Shown here: piece after piece, positions 51,022 through 64,000 of the stretch | Layout of the letters: each line of letters opens with the position of its first letter | How positions within the stretch are numbered: the stretch's first letter is position 1 | Origin: Haliotis cracherodii | Taxonomy: Eukaryota | Direction: 5' to 3' | NCBI RefSeq assembly: GCF_022045235.1 | Contig: NW_027266286.1 | Location: 1,319,856-1,383,855, forward strand | Length of the DNA stretch: 64,000 nucleotides | The notes under the pieces: generated by a model | What the model saw: the letters and a program-made list of their open reading frames with translations, nothing else | The model's database searches: none | What the model was told of the DNA's origin: nothing | Position numbers and translations under genes: made by a program

Positions 51022-51845
51022 ATACCACTTTCAAACAAGTGACAATATTATCACCATGACTACCACTTTCAAACAAGTGACAATATTATCATCACGACGA
51101 CCACATTTAAGCAAGTGACAATATTATCACCATGACTACCACATTCAAGCAAGTGACAATATTATCATCATGACTACCACATTTAAGCAAGTGACAATAT
51201 TATCATCACGACTACCACATTCAAGCAAGTGACAATATTATCATCATGACTACCACATTCAAGCAAGTGACAATATTATCACCATGACTACCACATTCAA
51301 GCAAGTGACAATATTATCACCATGACTACCACATTCAAGCAAGTGACAATATTATCACCATGACTACCACATTCAAGCAAGTGACAATATTATCACCATG
51401 ACTACCACATTCAAGCAAGTGACAATATTATCATCACGACTACCACATTTAAGCAAGTGACAATATTATCATCACGACTACCACATTAAGCAAGTGACAA
51501 TATTATCATCACGACTACCACATTAAGCAAGTGACAATATTATCATCATGACTACCACATTCAAGCAAGTGACAATATTATCATCACGACTACCACATTA
51601 AGCAAGTGACAATATTATCATCACAACTACCACATTAAGCAAGTGACAATATTATCACCATGACTACCACATTCAAGCAAGTGACAATATTATCACCGTG
51701 ACTACCACATTCAAGCAAGTGACAATATTATCACCATGACTACCACATTCAAGCAAGTGACAATATAATCACCATGACTACCGTCTTGAATCAAGTGACA
51801 ATATAATCACCATGACTACCTCATTCAAGCAAGTGACAATATTCT
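51022..51845. repeat. 38-bp minisatellite (taccacattcaagcaagtgacaatattatcaccatgac), about 21 copies
   Basis: Direct read. Confidence 0.9.
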
Positions 51846-52424
51846 TCAACTACACTTTCCTCCCTGTCAGCCTTATTTCCTGAGAACAACATCCAGATTG
51901 TAACAAACTCTGACAAGACATAATCTATATCGTTCCCAATTTTGAAAATAATCTTCAAGGCATGTTGGACAATCACTAAATTCTTAGAAGATCAACCAAT
52001 CCGTAGCATCCTACAACTCGGCCTACAATAGTAAATATATTCACAGTCTGTAACAGCTGCTGTCACAACATTCCCCACCTTCAGGCAGTCATCTGAGCAT
52101 GTAACAGTTCTCATTAAACTTGTCAGCATAACTGTCTCAACACTCTCACCATCAAACATGGAATCTGAACGTTTCTGTCAGCAGCGCTGTCTCAACACTC
52201 TCACCATCAAACATGGAAACTGAACGTTTGTGCCCTGAGGCCTACCTCCATGCCTGGACTACATGTATACATCAGCAGGTGATGACTCAGCTGTTTCCAG
52301 TTTTCAAATGGTTACATATATGGAAAGTAACCTTACGTGGTACCAAATAAAAACAAAATAGCAGCATTCATTCCTAAACATTACTGAATATGCGCCGCAG
52401 TAGATGCATACTGTATTTGTGTAG

Positions 52425-53677
52425 ATGTAGGATTCCAAGTGTATAGGATGTAGGATTTCATGTGTATAGGATGTAGGATTTCATGTGTATTGAATGTAGG
52501 ATTCCATGTGTATTGGACGTAGGAATTCATGTGTATTGGAGGTAGGATTTCCTGTGTACTGGATGTAGGATTTCATGTGTATTGGATGTAAGATTTCATG
52601 TGTATTGGATGTAGGATTCCAAGTGTATAGGATGTAGGATTTCATGTGTATGGGATGTAGGATTTCATGTGTACTGGATGTAGGATTTCATGTGTATTGG
52701 ATGTAGGATTCCAAGTGTATAGAATGTAGGATTTCATGTGTACTCGATGTAGGATTCCAAGTGTTTACGATGTAGGATTTCAAGCATATTGGATGCAGGA
52801 TTCTATGTGTATTGGGTGTAGGATTTCATGTGTACTCAATGTAGGATTTCATGTGTATTGGATGTAGGATTTTATATGTATTGGATGTAGGAATTCATGT
52901 GTACTGGATGTTGGATTTCATGTGTACTGGATGTTGGTTTTCATGTATACTGGATGTAGGATTTCATATGTATTGGATGTAGGAATTCATGTGTACCGGG
53001 TGTAGGATTTCATGTGTATTGGATGTAGGAATTCATGTGTACTGGGTGTAGGAATTCATGTGTACTGGGTGTAGGAACTCATGTGTATTGGATGTAGGAT
53101 TTCATGTGTATTGGATGTAGGATTCCATGTGTATTGGACGTAGGATTCCATGTGTATTGGACGTAGCAATTCATGTGTATTGGAGGTAGGATTTCCTGTG
53201 TACTGGATGTAGGATTCCATGTGTATTGGGTGTAGGATTTCATGTGTACTTGATGTAGGATTTCATGTGTATTGGATGTAGGATTCCAAGTGTACAGGAT
53301 GTAGGATTTCATGTGTATTGGATTTAGGATTCCATATGTATTGGGTTTTGGATTTCATGTGTACTTGATGTAGGATTTCATATGTATTGGATGTAGGATT
53401 CCAAGTGTACAGGATGTAGGATTTCATGTGTATTGGATGTAGGATTCCATGTGTGTTGGGTGTAGGATTTCATGTGTACTCGATGTAGGATTTCATGTGT
53501 ATTGGATGTAGGAATTCATGTGTATTGGATGTAGGAATTAATGTGTATTGGATGTAGGATTTCATGTGTACTGGATGTAGGATTTCATGTGTATTTAGTA
53601 TTTCATGTGTATTGGATGTAGTTTTAATGTGTATTGGATGTAGTATTTCATGTGTACTGGATGTAGGATTTCATGTC
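52425..53677. repeat. 23-bp minisatellite (ggatgtaggatttcatgtgtatt), about 54 copies
   Basis: Direct read. Confidence 0.9.
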
Positions 53678-54247
53678 TAGTAAATCCTCGTCGTCTTCAT
53701 GATTAATGTGTTTTTCCAGACTTGAGAAGCTCTTAACACAGATACTTCATCACGTACATATTGACTGCATAATGGGAAGTCTTTGTGTACTCTACATTTC
53801 ACTCCCTGCACATCCAACACATGGTCCACGCTGTGTAAACACGGTGAATAACTCCCATACCCTGATCCTATAATACATGTAGGCTGTTATGGCAGGAGAT
53901 TAGCCTGCTACAGAAACCTACTGGCCATGTGTAGCCTTGCTCTAAAGCTGTACTGAAAGAAAAGTCCATGGATGTGTAGTAATTCTATCCTCCTAATCAT
54001 TCTAATGGGCAAGTCTAGATGTGGACAGCACCTAAGGACAACTTGTTCTTTTTATTTACATGATCTAGAAATTATGATTTAAACTAATAATTATTGCCTT
54101 AGAGACTTGTGCGAGTCTAGGCCATGTGTAGAAAGGCAGATTACCGTGTTCAACTTGTATACTTGCCCAGTTTTTGTCTGACACGACTGGAGCACAGCAC
54201 AATAGCCCGACTTTCTGCCGGAGCTGAGTGCAGGTCACATGCCATGC

Positions 54248-55448
54248 CATCTTCCCAAGGCAAGGGAGTTAGCTGACTGTAAAACCCCAGTTTCCACCCT
54301 TGCCAACCTAGGCTGGAATTATGTTTAGGCTGGACTAACGAGTCTATGCATAGTGCAATCAAAATCACGCACATTCGTAAACTCCTGTGCAAATTTCGGT
54401 TAATTGAAGGATTTGCAAAGCATGTGTACCGACAACTCAACATCAACAGATATTTTCAAAATCCTTTCATGATCATGATAAATGTGCGCACATGATTTGA
54501 TGCACTTCATTTTATGACAATATAGATTTTGATTATCGATCAGATCGTTTTGATTGGGTGCTGCCACTTTATTTGAAGCAAATGCAAGTGATATGAGAGA
54601 TGGAATCTTATTGGTCAATAGGAGGGACATAGACATGATAGAAGGGACATAGACATGATAGGAGGGACATAGACATGATAGGAGGGACATAGACATGATA
54701 GGAGGGACATAGACATGATAGGAGGGACATAGACATGATAGAAGGGACATAGACATGATAGAAGGGACATAGACATGATAGAAGGGACATAGACATGATA
54801 GGAGGGACATAGACATGATAGAAGGGACATAGACATGATAGAAGGGACATAGACATGATAGGAGGGACATAGACATGATAGGAGGGACATAGACATGATA
54901 GAAGGGACATAGACATGATAGGAGGGACATAGACATGATAGGAGGGACATAGACATGATAGAAGGGACATAGACATGATAGGAGGGACATAGACATGATA
55001 GGAGGGACATAGACATGATAGAAGGGACATAGACATGATAGGAGGGACATAGACATGATAGAAGGGACATAGACATGATAGGAGGGACATAGACATGATA
55101 GGAGGGACATAGACATGATAGGAGGGACATAGACATGATAGAAGGGACATAGACATGATAGAAGGGACATAGACATGATAGAAGGGACATAGACATGATA
55201 GGAGGGACATAGACATGATAGAAGGGACATAGACATGATAGAAGGGACATAGACATGATAGAAGGGACATAGACATGATAGAAGGGACATAGACATGATA
55301 GGAGGGACATAGACATGATAGGAGGGACACAAAAGGGACATAACTCTAATAACTGCTGGTGGTTTCTACGATGGAGCCAAGACCCTAGTTCGGCAAGGGT
55401 GGAAACTGGACTTTTACAGTCAGTTAACTCCCTTGCCTAGGGAAGATG
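54248..55448. mobile_element. MITE family 2 copy (~60-bp TIRs catcttccc.aggcaagggagtta..), carrying an internal 20-bp minisatellite
   Basis: TIRs at 54248-54310 and 55385-55448; internal region homologous to 30891-31345. Confidence 0.65.
54621..55330. repeat. 20-bp minisatellite (gggacatagacatgatag(g/a)a), about 36 copies, inside MITE family 2
   Basis: Direct read; produces the spurious 313-aa ORF. Confidence 0.9.
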
Positions 55449-55519
55449 CTAGTAACACATGGTTACTCAAGTTAAAAATAACATCCAAATGAAAAGAAAT
55501 AGGATCCAGTGAGAAGGTA

Positions 55520-55725
55520 TAGCAGCTTGTGTGTGTGGCACCACGGCATGTCGACTTGAGGGAGGCCAGCCTAAACTGGTGTTAGACGGTTACCATCCTG
55601 GTGAAACTCATGAATATGGGAATGGTGCTGACAAACCTGAAACACAATCAGGGTGATTTACTATTCACACCCACAATCACAGATTTCTGGTGCCCTTCAG
55701 CATCAGACGACTGGCCATCCCGTGA
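55520..55725 (-). mobile_element. Diverged SINE-B-like copy
   Basis: Partial match (..ggtgctgacaaacctgaaacacaatcagggtga..). Confidence 0.35.
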
Positions 55726-57214
55726 AAATACCAGTGATCCATTAATCAAAGGCTGTAAACAAATTGACCAATATACATGTTTTTGCAAAGTTGGATGTAT
55801 TGCCAATCAAGACGCCACAAACGAATTAAAAACCATAAACAGTAAACATGGTTAAAATGTTTTTATTAATCTTGAAAATAAAAGCTTCAGCACTATTTCT
55901 AAGGTTCTAAAACTTATGATGATTTAGAAAATCCAAGATGGCTGCCTTGCAGCCATAATGAATATCCAGCCCTATATTGTTTGAACACTTCCAAAAAGTT
56001 TCACTCATTAGTAGTAGTAGAGAAGGAGAAATATTCAAGATCATGACAGATGACAAATGAGTCTCAAGCCAATCAGCTTACATTCCCTGGGATCAGAGCA
56101 CACAGAATAGGATCTCCTCTCATGGCCTAAATCCTTAAAATTTTCAATCACAAAACTTATGTTTTCTCTCTATTCACATTGATTCACATAGATTCACTAA
56201 AGTTTGATGAACGAACCTGTAACCACACAGAATAATCTTAAGTTCACATTTCTAACGACAATGGTTTGTGGCAAGGATGTATTCCGAGTCATTCACAATA
56301 TCCTGCAAGTCTCAAGCCTTACAAGCTGAGGAACAGAAAACTAAATTTGTGTTACCTAAAGCCAATTAAAAACAGAGTACAGGGCAAGGTAAGTTTTATT
56401 AATGTTGGTTTTTTTTTTCACTTTGAAGAGCAGCAATTTGCAGTATGTCAGTAAAATCTTGCCTTGAAATGAAGATGTCCTTCTCTATAGCAACATGTGT
56501 CTTGGCAACACATGTACTCTAGTGGCACATGATACAGACGTATACCTGACAGTGATGAAAGCCATGGGGCTGGGCTCCTCTTGGCTACGTAATGGCTGGC
56601 CGGGTCCACAAACTCCCATCTCTACAATACTGACGACACCATTGATGGCGTGTCACAGTAAATCAAGGTGTATCCACAGGATTTTATTCCAATTTACCCA
56701 GCTGTGTAAAATATCAGCACGGTCCGTTATGTAAGCCGTTATGTTAGCCGTGTGTTTGTTTAAGGATTTGTGGGAGTGTACAGCAGGGCAAATGAAGCCA
56801 ATATTTCTCAGCTCTTGTTCGCTCTAAATGTTATTGTAATAAACGTGGACATGACGAACAATAGAGACAATACTCATTTCAAGTTTCTAATGCTTAGGGT
56901 CTCACAAACAATAAGAGATTGTATACTCCTCAGCGAGCTGAGAATGAAAAAACGTGTGGACACTGATCCGCCGAGTCAATAATCCAGGAAATAATGGAAT
57001 CTGCTTAGTAAGAGCTTAGCACCACATAAGAAGCCTTAAAAACAATAAACATAAAAAATGCAAAAAATGTTTTGAATAACACTGAACATTTTGTTTTGTA
57101 CAGATTTGCTGTAGGTGTAATTGAACGAAGTGATGGACAGATATAACATCATTCTAAGGTCCTCAGTAATGCAGGTCTATGCTGGCAATGATTAGTGATA
57201 TTCTGTTCATCAAC

Positions 57215-57432
57215 AGACCCGTGAAGATCCGGGTAGAATACGTCTTCAGCAACCCTGATGATGCTTGCTGTCAAAGGCAACGATGCTTGTCGTAAGAGGC
57301 GACTATGCTTGTCGTAAGAGGCGACTATGCTCGTCGTAAGAGGCGACTACGCTCGTCGTAAGAGGCGACTATGCTCGTCGTAAGAGGCGACTATGCTTGT
57401 CGTAAGAGGCGACTAACAGGGTCGCTGACTTT
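57215..57432 (+). mobile_element. SINE family A copy, 3'-truncated, with internal 22-bp unit expanded to about 5.5 copies (57291-57420)
   Basis: cgtaagaggcgactatgct(c/t)gt repeated head to tail; other copies have 2 units. Confidence 0.65.
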
Positions 57433-57435
57433 GTT

Positions 57436-57565
57436 GAGTGAGTGAGTAAGTATGGTTTTACGCTGCTCTAAGCAATATTCCAGCAATATCACGACGGGGG
57501 GACAACAAAAAATGGGCTTCACACATTGTACCCATGAGGGGAATCAAACTCGGGTCTTCAGAACA
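57436..57565 (-). mobile_element. SINE family C copy (truncated) abutting SINE-A
   Basis: Consensus match. Confidence 0.55.
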
Positions 57566-58289
57566 ACAGTGATGACCCTGCCGTGTTTTACTGTAGATTA
57601 GTCATAAAGGCCAATACAAGAATGGGAAACAGCTTAATCATAACAGTGTTGTCGTAAATACTAAACCAACATTTTAAACATTTTCCGACTTGTACGTTTC
57701 TTGTCCAATGAGTAGGTAGAAAGAAACAGTAGCTCATATTTTTCATATAAATACCTTGAATGTTTTAGTGTTTATAAGCATAACAGCATCATGATAATCC
57801 TAGATAAAAGTCCCCAAATGAAATCACATACTCCCAATTCAACATTGTATCAAAAATTTCTAAATGTCTTATGATGACATGACGTTTAGCATATGTCAAA
57901 CGTCTTGACGTGCAAAACAAGTTATTTATACAATGTAAAGTGATTGCCAACAGCCTATGAATGGACGATGTATGTTAATATTGGCCTGCAACTTGCAAGT
58001 GAGTTACTGTGATTTCAGGCGATGCACACAGGGTCATTGTGTCAGCTATCTCAGGCGTGTCTTCAGTCTTCCCTCCTAGTGGCATCCCTCTCACATTGGT
58101 AGGCTTCTAGACATAAACACATAAATCACTTGAGCTAGTGGTTGTGAACAGATCTCAAGTGACAGGCCGGGCCTTGTGATACAGAGAAAAAACACTTTTC
58201 TTAATAGTTGTGAAGGTGAGCTACAGCAGACCATGTTAAACAGAGAAACCATCAAATCACTCTCCTTTAATAACTACCAATATACACGA

Positions 58290-58545
58290 CCCATGAAGAT
58301 TCGGGGTAGAATAGTCTTCAGCAACCATTGCTTACTGTAATAGTCGACATAATAATGCTTGCCGTAAGAGGCGACTAACGGGATCTGGTGGCTTCATTGA
58401 TGCATGTCATTGTATCCCAATTGCGTGGATCGATGCTCATGATGTATATCACTGGATTGTCTGGTCCAGACTCAATCATTTACAGACCACCGTCATATAG
58501 CTGGAAAATTGATGAGTGCTGCGTTAAACAACAAATATACAAACA
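58290..58545 (+). mobile_element. SINE family A copy, full length with (CAAA)n tail
   Basis: Consensus match. Confidence 0.7.
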
Positions 58546-58560
58546 AACAAACCAATATAC

Positions 58561-59412
58561 ACACAGTGAAGGTGAGTCGACCTTGTCAAACAGAGACACC
58601 ATCAAAACCCTCTCCTATTATAACTGTACTTATACACAGTGAAGGTGATCTACAGTCGACCTTGTCAAACAGAGACACCATCAAAACCCTCTCCTATTAT
58701 AACTGTACTTATACACAGTGAAGGTGATCTACAGTCGACCTTGTCAAACAGAGACGCCATCAAACCACTCTCCTATCATAACTGTGCTTATATATACACA
58801 GTGAAGGTGATCTACAGTCGACCTTGTCAAACAGAGACGCCATCAAACCACTCTCCTATCATAACTGTGCTTATATATACACAGTGAAGGTGATCTACAG
58901 TTGACCTTGTCAAACAGAGACGCCATCAAACCACTCTCCTATCATAACTGTGCTTATATATACACAGTGAAGGTGATCGACAGTCGACCTTGTCAAACAG
59001 AGACACCATCAAAACCCTCTCCTATTATAACTGTACTTATACACAGTGAAGGTGATCTACAGTCGACCTTGTCAAACAGAGACGCCATCAAACCACTCTC
59101 CTATTATAACTGTACTTATATACACAGTGAAGGTGAGCTACAGTCGACCTTGTCAAACAGAGACGCCATCAAACCACTTTCCTGTTATAACTGTGCTTAT
59201 ATAAAAATACACAGTGAAGGTGAGCTACAGCAGACCTTGTCAGACAGTGAAACCATCAAACCACTCTCCTATTATAACTGTACTTATATGTATACACAGT
59301 GAAGGTGAGCTACAGTTGACCTTGTCAAACAGAGACGTCATCAAACCACTCTATTATAACTTTACGAAAATATACACAGTGAAGGTGAGCTTCAGTAGAC
59401 CTTGTTAACAGA
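58561..59412. repeat. Satellite with ~73-83-bp units, about 11 copies
   Basis: acacagtgaaggtgatctacagtcgaccttgtcaaacagagac.ccatcaaa.c.ctctcctat.ataactgt.cttat. Confidence 0.85.
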
Positions 59413-60053
59413 GGTGTGATTGTTGCTGGATTATTGCTAAAAACAGCATAAAACACAACTCACTCACTCACTCCAAAAATCAAGTGTCCATACCCGTTTC
59501 TTCACATCCCAGCATCACATTACACCATCAACCCACATCAGACAAAGCCTACAGGTAAACTCATTGTCAAAATGGAATATTTCAAATACCAGAGTAACAG
59601 TCCCGCTCTGCTAAACACAAAATGAGAATTTCCTCCTTAAAATATCTAAGGGGCATGTACCTAAGTCACATACAGTCCTATGGTTGATCTAAACATGCTT
59701 AAATAATACAAAACACCTTATCCCCTCCTTATGTCATTAAGCAGGTAATTATATAGCTAGACTTGCCCAAGTCTCCCACACCTGCTGGAGGAGATTAAAT
59801 GTGGACTAACCCTTATGATTTACAAGTTGACTACACAATGGTGTCAATACATCAATAAGATGCATGTACAAACTCACAACTTGTTTCATTTAGATCCCTA
59901 ATCATGTTATCATGGTTATACATGTAAACACACAATTTTAAAGCACTCTAATTAAATACTGACATCAATAGTTCATCAACAGTTTACTTCAAATATTCCA
60001 ACTATTTACCATGAATCGAATTCCATGCTAATATTGTGGTACTCTTGGTAGTA

Positions 60054-60331
60054 AGAGTGAGTGAGTTGGGTTAAATGCCGCTTTTAACAGTATTCCAGTC
60101 ATATCACGGCGTGTCAGCTTAATGTGGGAGGAAAGCCTGAAGTAAAGCAGGTCTCAGACGTTTACCACTTCGGTGAAACCAACGAGCACAGGTATGGTGC
60201 TGACAAACCTAGAAACATAATTGGGGTGAACTGGGATTCAAACCCACAATCATAGGTTGCTGATGTGCCCAAGGGACGCAACTCTGCACAGCAAATTGCG
60301 GTGCCCAAGACAACTGGGCCACCCGTGCCCC
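60054..60331 (-). mobile_element. SINE family B copy
   Basis: Consensus match. Confidence 0.7.
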
Positions 60332-61977
60332 CTCTTGGTACTAAGAGAAAAGGGCAGATAATCAAAGTAATTACAGAATATTTTAAAAAACCATTGACAC
60401 TTTATTGCAGTTCTAATTTTGTTAGAGAAACTTGTACTTGCTTGATAATGGTGTCTGCACCCAAAATGTTGCCCTTATTGTCATAAAGAAAATTCCTCCC
60501 AATAACAATAAAATCTCGAAAGGCATTAAGAGGTGATACACATGAGGAAGAGAAATTATGGATCTCAGCTTCTTTATTATGAGGAACACAACATTTCAGA
60601 GTTATACCATGTATACTTCCTCCCTCATCAGGTGAACTCACTCCACATTCACCCGATGAAGGAGTAAGTATAAATCCGAAACAGGGATCAGAAAAATTTT
60701 AATGTCCGGTAAGCAATATTTTAAATCGGACATTTGAGATTCCCAATCCGACATGTCCGGCGCATATGACCGTTTCAGGACCCCTGCTCCGAAATGTTGT
60801 GCTCATCATAAGAAGTAGACATCGATAAATTCTCTTCCTCATCAATTCAAACATTGGGTAAGGTCAGAAAAACACCAAACTTTGATTCGTCAACAGATTC
60901 CTGACAACTGTCTGTCTATACAACAGATTCCTGACAAGCGTCAGTCTACACAAACAGCTGCAAGGAGCTGTCAACAGCTGATCCCACTCAATGTTCAGCA
61001 ATCAGTGTTAAGGCCCCAGTAGTACATGATCCCAGTCTCAATCTCCTTGCCACCTAATCCCAGTCTCCCTGAGCTGCCGCTGTGTATGAGACCTGGTATC
61101 ATAAGCTATTCATTGAGAAACAATCAGCCCCTGATGACAGGTGCCCTTGTAACCATGACAACCATCCTACTTTCCTACCCACTTATAACCATGACAATCT
61201 CCACCAACTGTTGACAGAACACATCCACATCATATCCCGCTGAGGAAGCTAAGATTGATACAAAATGATATCAAAAGTGAATAATTTCTTTTCTAAATTT
61301 AGTTTTCTTTATTAATAGATCACATCTGCTTGTAATTTACAACCCTGGGTACACTTGCACAAAACAAAGTTAGCGCTGCGATGATCGTAACTCCCATACT
61401 CTAACAGACTTAAGATAGTCGTAGCGCCAAGAATAGTTTGTGCTAGTGGGCCCAGGTTTTATCTAAGGCATCCAAACAAAGAGCTTTTGGACAGACAAAT
61501 TGTATGTGTGGACTGGGTATGGGTAGATGATTTTTCCAATTTTGATTTACTAAAAATCGCAAATATTTTCACAAGCATTTAACCTGTACAATGCAGTAAC
61601 ATGAACGTAAACATCTTCCCCTTTATCGATCCTGTTACCAGTGTAACACAAGTTGCGATACAAAGCCATGGTCTTAGTTATACGACCTACGTTTATCAGT
61701 TGATCTGTGTTTTCATACAACCCCAGCACTAAGAATGTGAGACAGGTGACATTCCAGTCAGACATCCCCGTCATGTATATTCACCTTCACCCCTGAGGCT
61801 GCAGTCTCCCAGTCAGACACACGGGGCACGGGTGTTAAATAATCACATAAAGTCAGCCCTACTTTATACAATTATCTGTGACTGTTATTGCTTCTTAATA
61901 CAGTGAGACTCCACAACCACACATACACTCGTTAGTCAGGAGTCTTGTTCCTCCACACACACCACCTTCCGGACCAC

Positions 61978-62528
61978 AACCGCCGGGAATACATACACAA
62001 CCGCCGGGAATACATACACAACCACCGGGAATTAACATACACAACCGCCGGGAATACATACACAAGCGCCAGGAATACATTCACACCTGCCGGGAATACA
62101 TACACACCCGCCGGGAATACATACACACCCGCCGGGAATACATACACAACCGCCGGGAATACATACACAACCGCCGGGAATACATACACAGCCGCCGGGA
62201 ATACATACACAACCGCCGGGAATACATACACAACCACCGGGCATACATACACAACCACCGGGAATACATACACAACCACCGGGAATACATACACAACCGC
62301 CGGGAATACATACACAACCGCCGGGAATACATACACAACCACCGGGAATACATACACAACCACCGGGAATACATACACAACCGCCGGGAATACATACACA
62401 ACCGCCGGGAATACATACACAACCACCGGGAATACATACACAACCACCGGGAATACATACACAACCGCCGGGAATACATACACAACCGCCGGGAATACAT
62501 ACACAACCGCCGGGCATACATACACAAC
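61978..62528. repeat. 21-bp minisatellite (ccgccgggaatacatacacaa), about 26 copies
   Basis: Direct read. Confidence 0.9.
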
Positions 62529-64000
62529 GTGGAATTACTTCGTAACCATGATTTGTTAATCCTTAAATTTGTAAATCAAGATTATTTCAGTGGGAAAGCT
62601 AGCATCAAATGAGCTGTGTTCTACAACAGGTCAACTACAAGATGCTAACATATCTGACTCAAATACTTGATTTTCTTCCCGTAGACTGTAATCTCTACTT
62701 CAAAAATTAATCATGGTCATAACCATCCTTGATGTTAAAGATATCTACATCACATCGCACATTACAAATTAATTTTCACTTTACAATGTTGAAGATAAGA
62801 TTTTCTAACAATCAATGACTTTTTGTTTGTTGAAACCTATTGTGTCTGTGGAGGACAAACAGTCTGACCGGAGACAGCAGTGATGAGTACCGAGAAGCTG
62901 GACGGGGCAAGATGGAATCTGGTGAATAATCCATCATGGTCTCGCTGGAATACAATCAAGTTAGGAACTTACTTGTAGTGTGCCAGGTTGGATTGACCTT
63001 TCTTAAAGTCAAAAAATAAATATTCTATGAACCTGGATTTATGAATTGAACAGTTTCCATACGGATGCAACTAAAAACTACAAATGTATTTTCTTGGAAG
63101 ATAAAATCCCCAGAATTATACAGATAGACACTGAATGAGTGAGAGCCACAAAGAGATTTATAGGAGGTCTACACTGATAAACAAACAACAAACACGCCAT
63201 ATCCTCCGGAACACTCAGAATACCACTGTCAGGATAAAAGAGAGAATTAGTCACTTGTCCTTATCACCATGTGGGGGCCCAGGGACACGCCCTCTGTCCT
63301 GAGTGATGATTTATACCCCAACCTCCGACAGCCTCTCACATCTCCATTCACACACCCAGTGTACACACAGACACTCCACTCAACATAGCTGGCAAGGGAC
63401 TGTCACACTGACAAAAGGAGCTCTCCGACACTCAACACAAATAAAAAAGCAAACATATATCCCCGTGTTATGGGTTTTCAGACGCTCAAGAAACATTCAT
63501 AGTTTCCTCGCTAATAATAAATCAAACATATACATATTACACATATTACCCATGAGATTGCTGAGCAAATGCCAACGTGAGTATCTTTTAGAAAATATTT
63601 AGATACCAACAAAAAAGAAAGAACTGAAAACGAATGAGAATCCTCAGACTATTTGTTGCCTACTGAGTGGATGTTTTTTCGCCTAAACAAAGCTACAGAG
63701 ACCCATCTGGCAGGTAGCAGATCTGTTGGCCAGGTTTGAATCCAATGTTTGGTCGGGAGCTTCATGACTCACGGACGTGCTACACATCCATGGTGTAACT
63801 CCGCCTATGTTAGTCTCTCCACAGCAGTTTCGGTACACCCTGTCATCATGCTTAACAGATCAAGCCTGTGGAAACTGTAATGTTGCAATAGTAATCTGGT
63901 CAAACGTGTACACCAAACATATTTAGTGCACAGTATGATTCATAACCCTCCCCGGGGGATTCAGAACTTGATTAGGGAGTTACCCATTCTCAAAAGGAAG

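Noticed and set aside
54400-55341. 313-aa and other long ORFs (49674-50480 268 aa; 61945-62559 204 aa; 34133-34690 185 aa; 42174-42644 156 aa)
   Set aside because: All lie entirely inside perfect tandem arrays and have periodic peptide repeats. They are stop-free by chance of the repeat unit, not genes.
1-64000. A prokaryotic-style defence or biosynthetic system was sought
   Set aside because: No operon-like ORF arrays, RBS-spaced genes or long CDS were found. Splice-site-bounded short exons, SINEs, MITEs and satellites mark this as metazoan nuclear DNA.

Overview
This window is eukaryotic, metazoan-type genomic DNA, not a prokaryotic locus. It has no long ORFs outside tandem arrays. The gene signal consists of short exons with canonical GT-AG boundaries and large introns filled with repeats.

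The main gene is a multi-exon gene on the minus strand, running from about 31.5 kb down to 16.0 kb. I reconstructed 14 exons, and all but one junction keep the reading frame (exon 7's donor is unresolved). It encodes a WD40-repeat protein with a 185-aa Ser/Pro-rich exon, a short coiled-coil and a terminal exon ending in a stop codon. I could not assign the ortholog. One further minus-strand exon, from a second gene, lies at 48.6 kb.

The rest is interspersed and tandem repeats:
- Four SINE families (A to D) with at least 35 copies. Families A, B and C share a 3' core (..TATTCCAG.ATATCACGGCG.. in the plus-strand orientation of minus copies) followed by simple-repeat tails, (CAAA)n for A and (CACT)n for B and C. 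The 5' heads of B, C and D are degenerate tRNA-like sequences.
- Three MITE-like families: one with ~62-bp TIRs and an 8-bp TSD, one with ~60-bp TIRs and an internal 20-bp minisatellite expansion, and one flanked by TA.
- Two foldback elements.
- Degenerate retroelement ORF fragments: a Gypsy-type integrase GPY/F tail, C2H2 fingers, a retropepsin-like piece, a CCHC knuckle, and a DIRS/Crypton-like tyrosine recombinase lacking its catalytic Tyr.
- More than 20 microsatellite, minisatellite and satellite arrays with units of 20 to 109 bp, covering about 15 kb. Two show higher-order structure, and one is visibly derived from internal retroelement sequence.

I see no CRISPR array, operon or defence-island architecture. 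The most interesting points are the repeat-colonised gene structure, datable nested insertions with target-site duplications, and the birth of tandem arrays inside transposable elements. Repeat boundaries are approximate (about ±10 bp). Exon boundaries were counted by hand (about ±2 bp).
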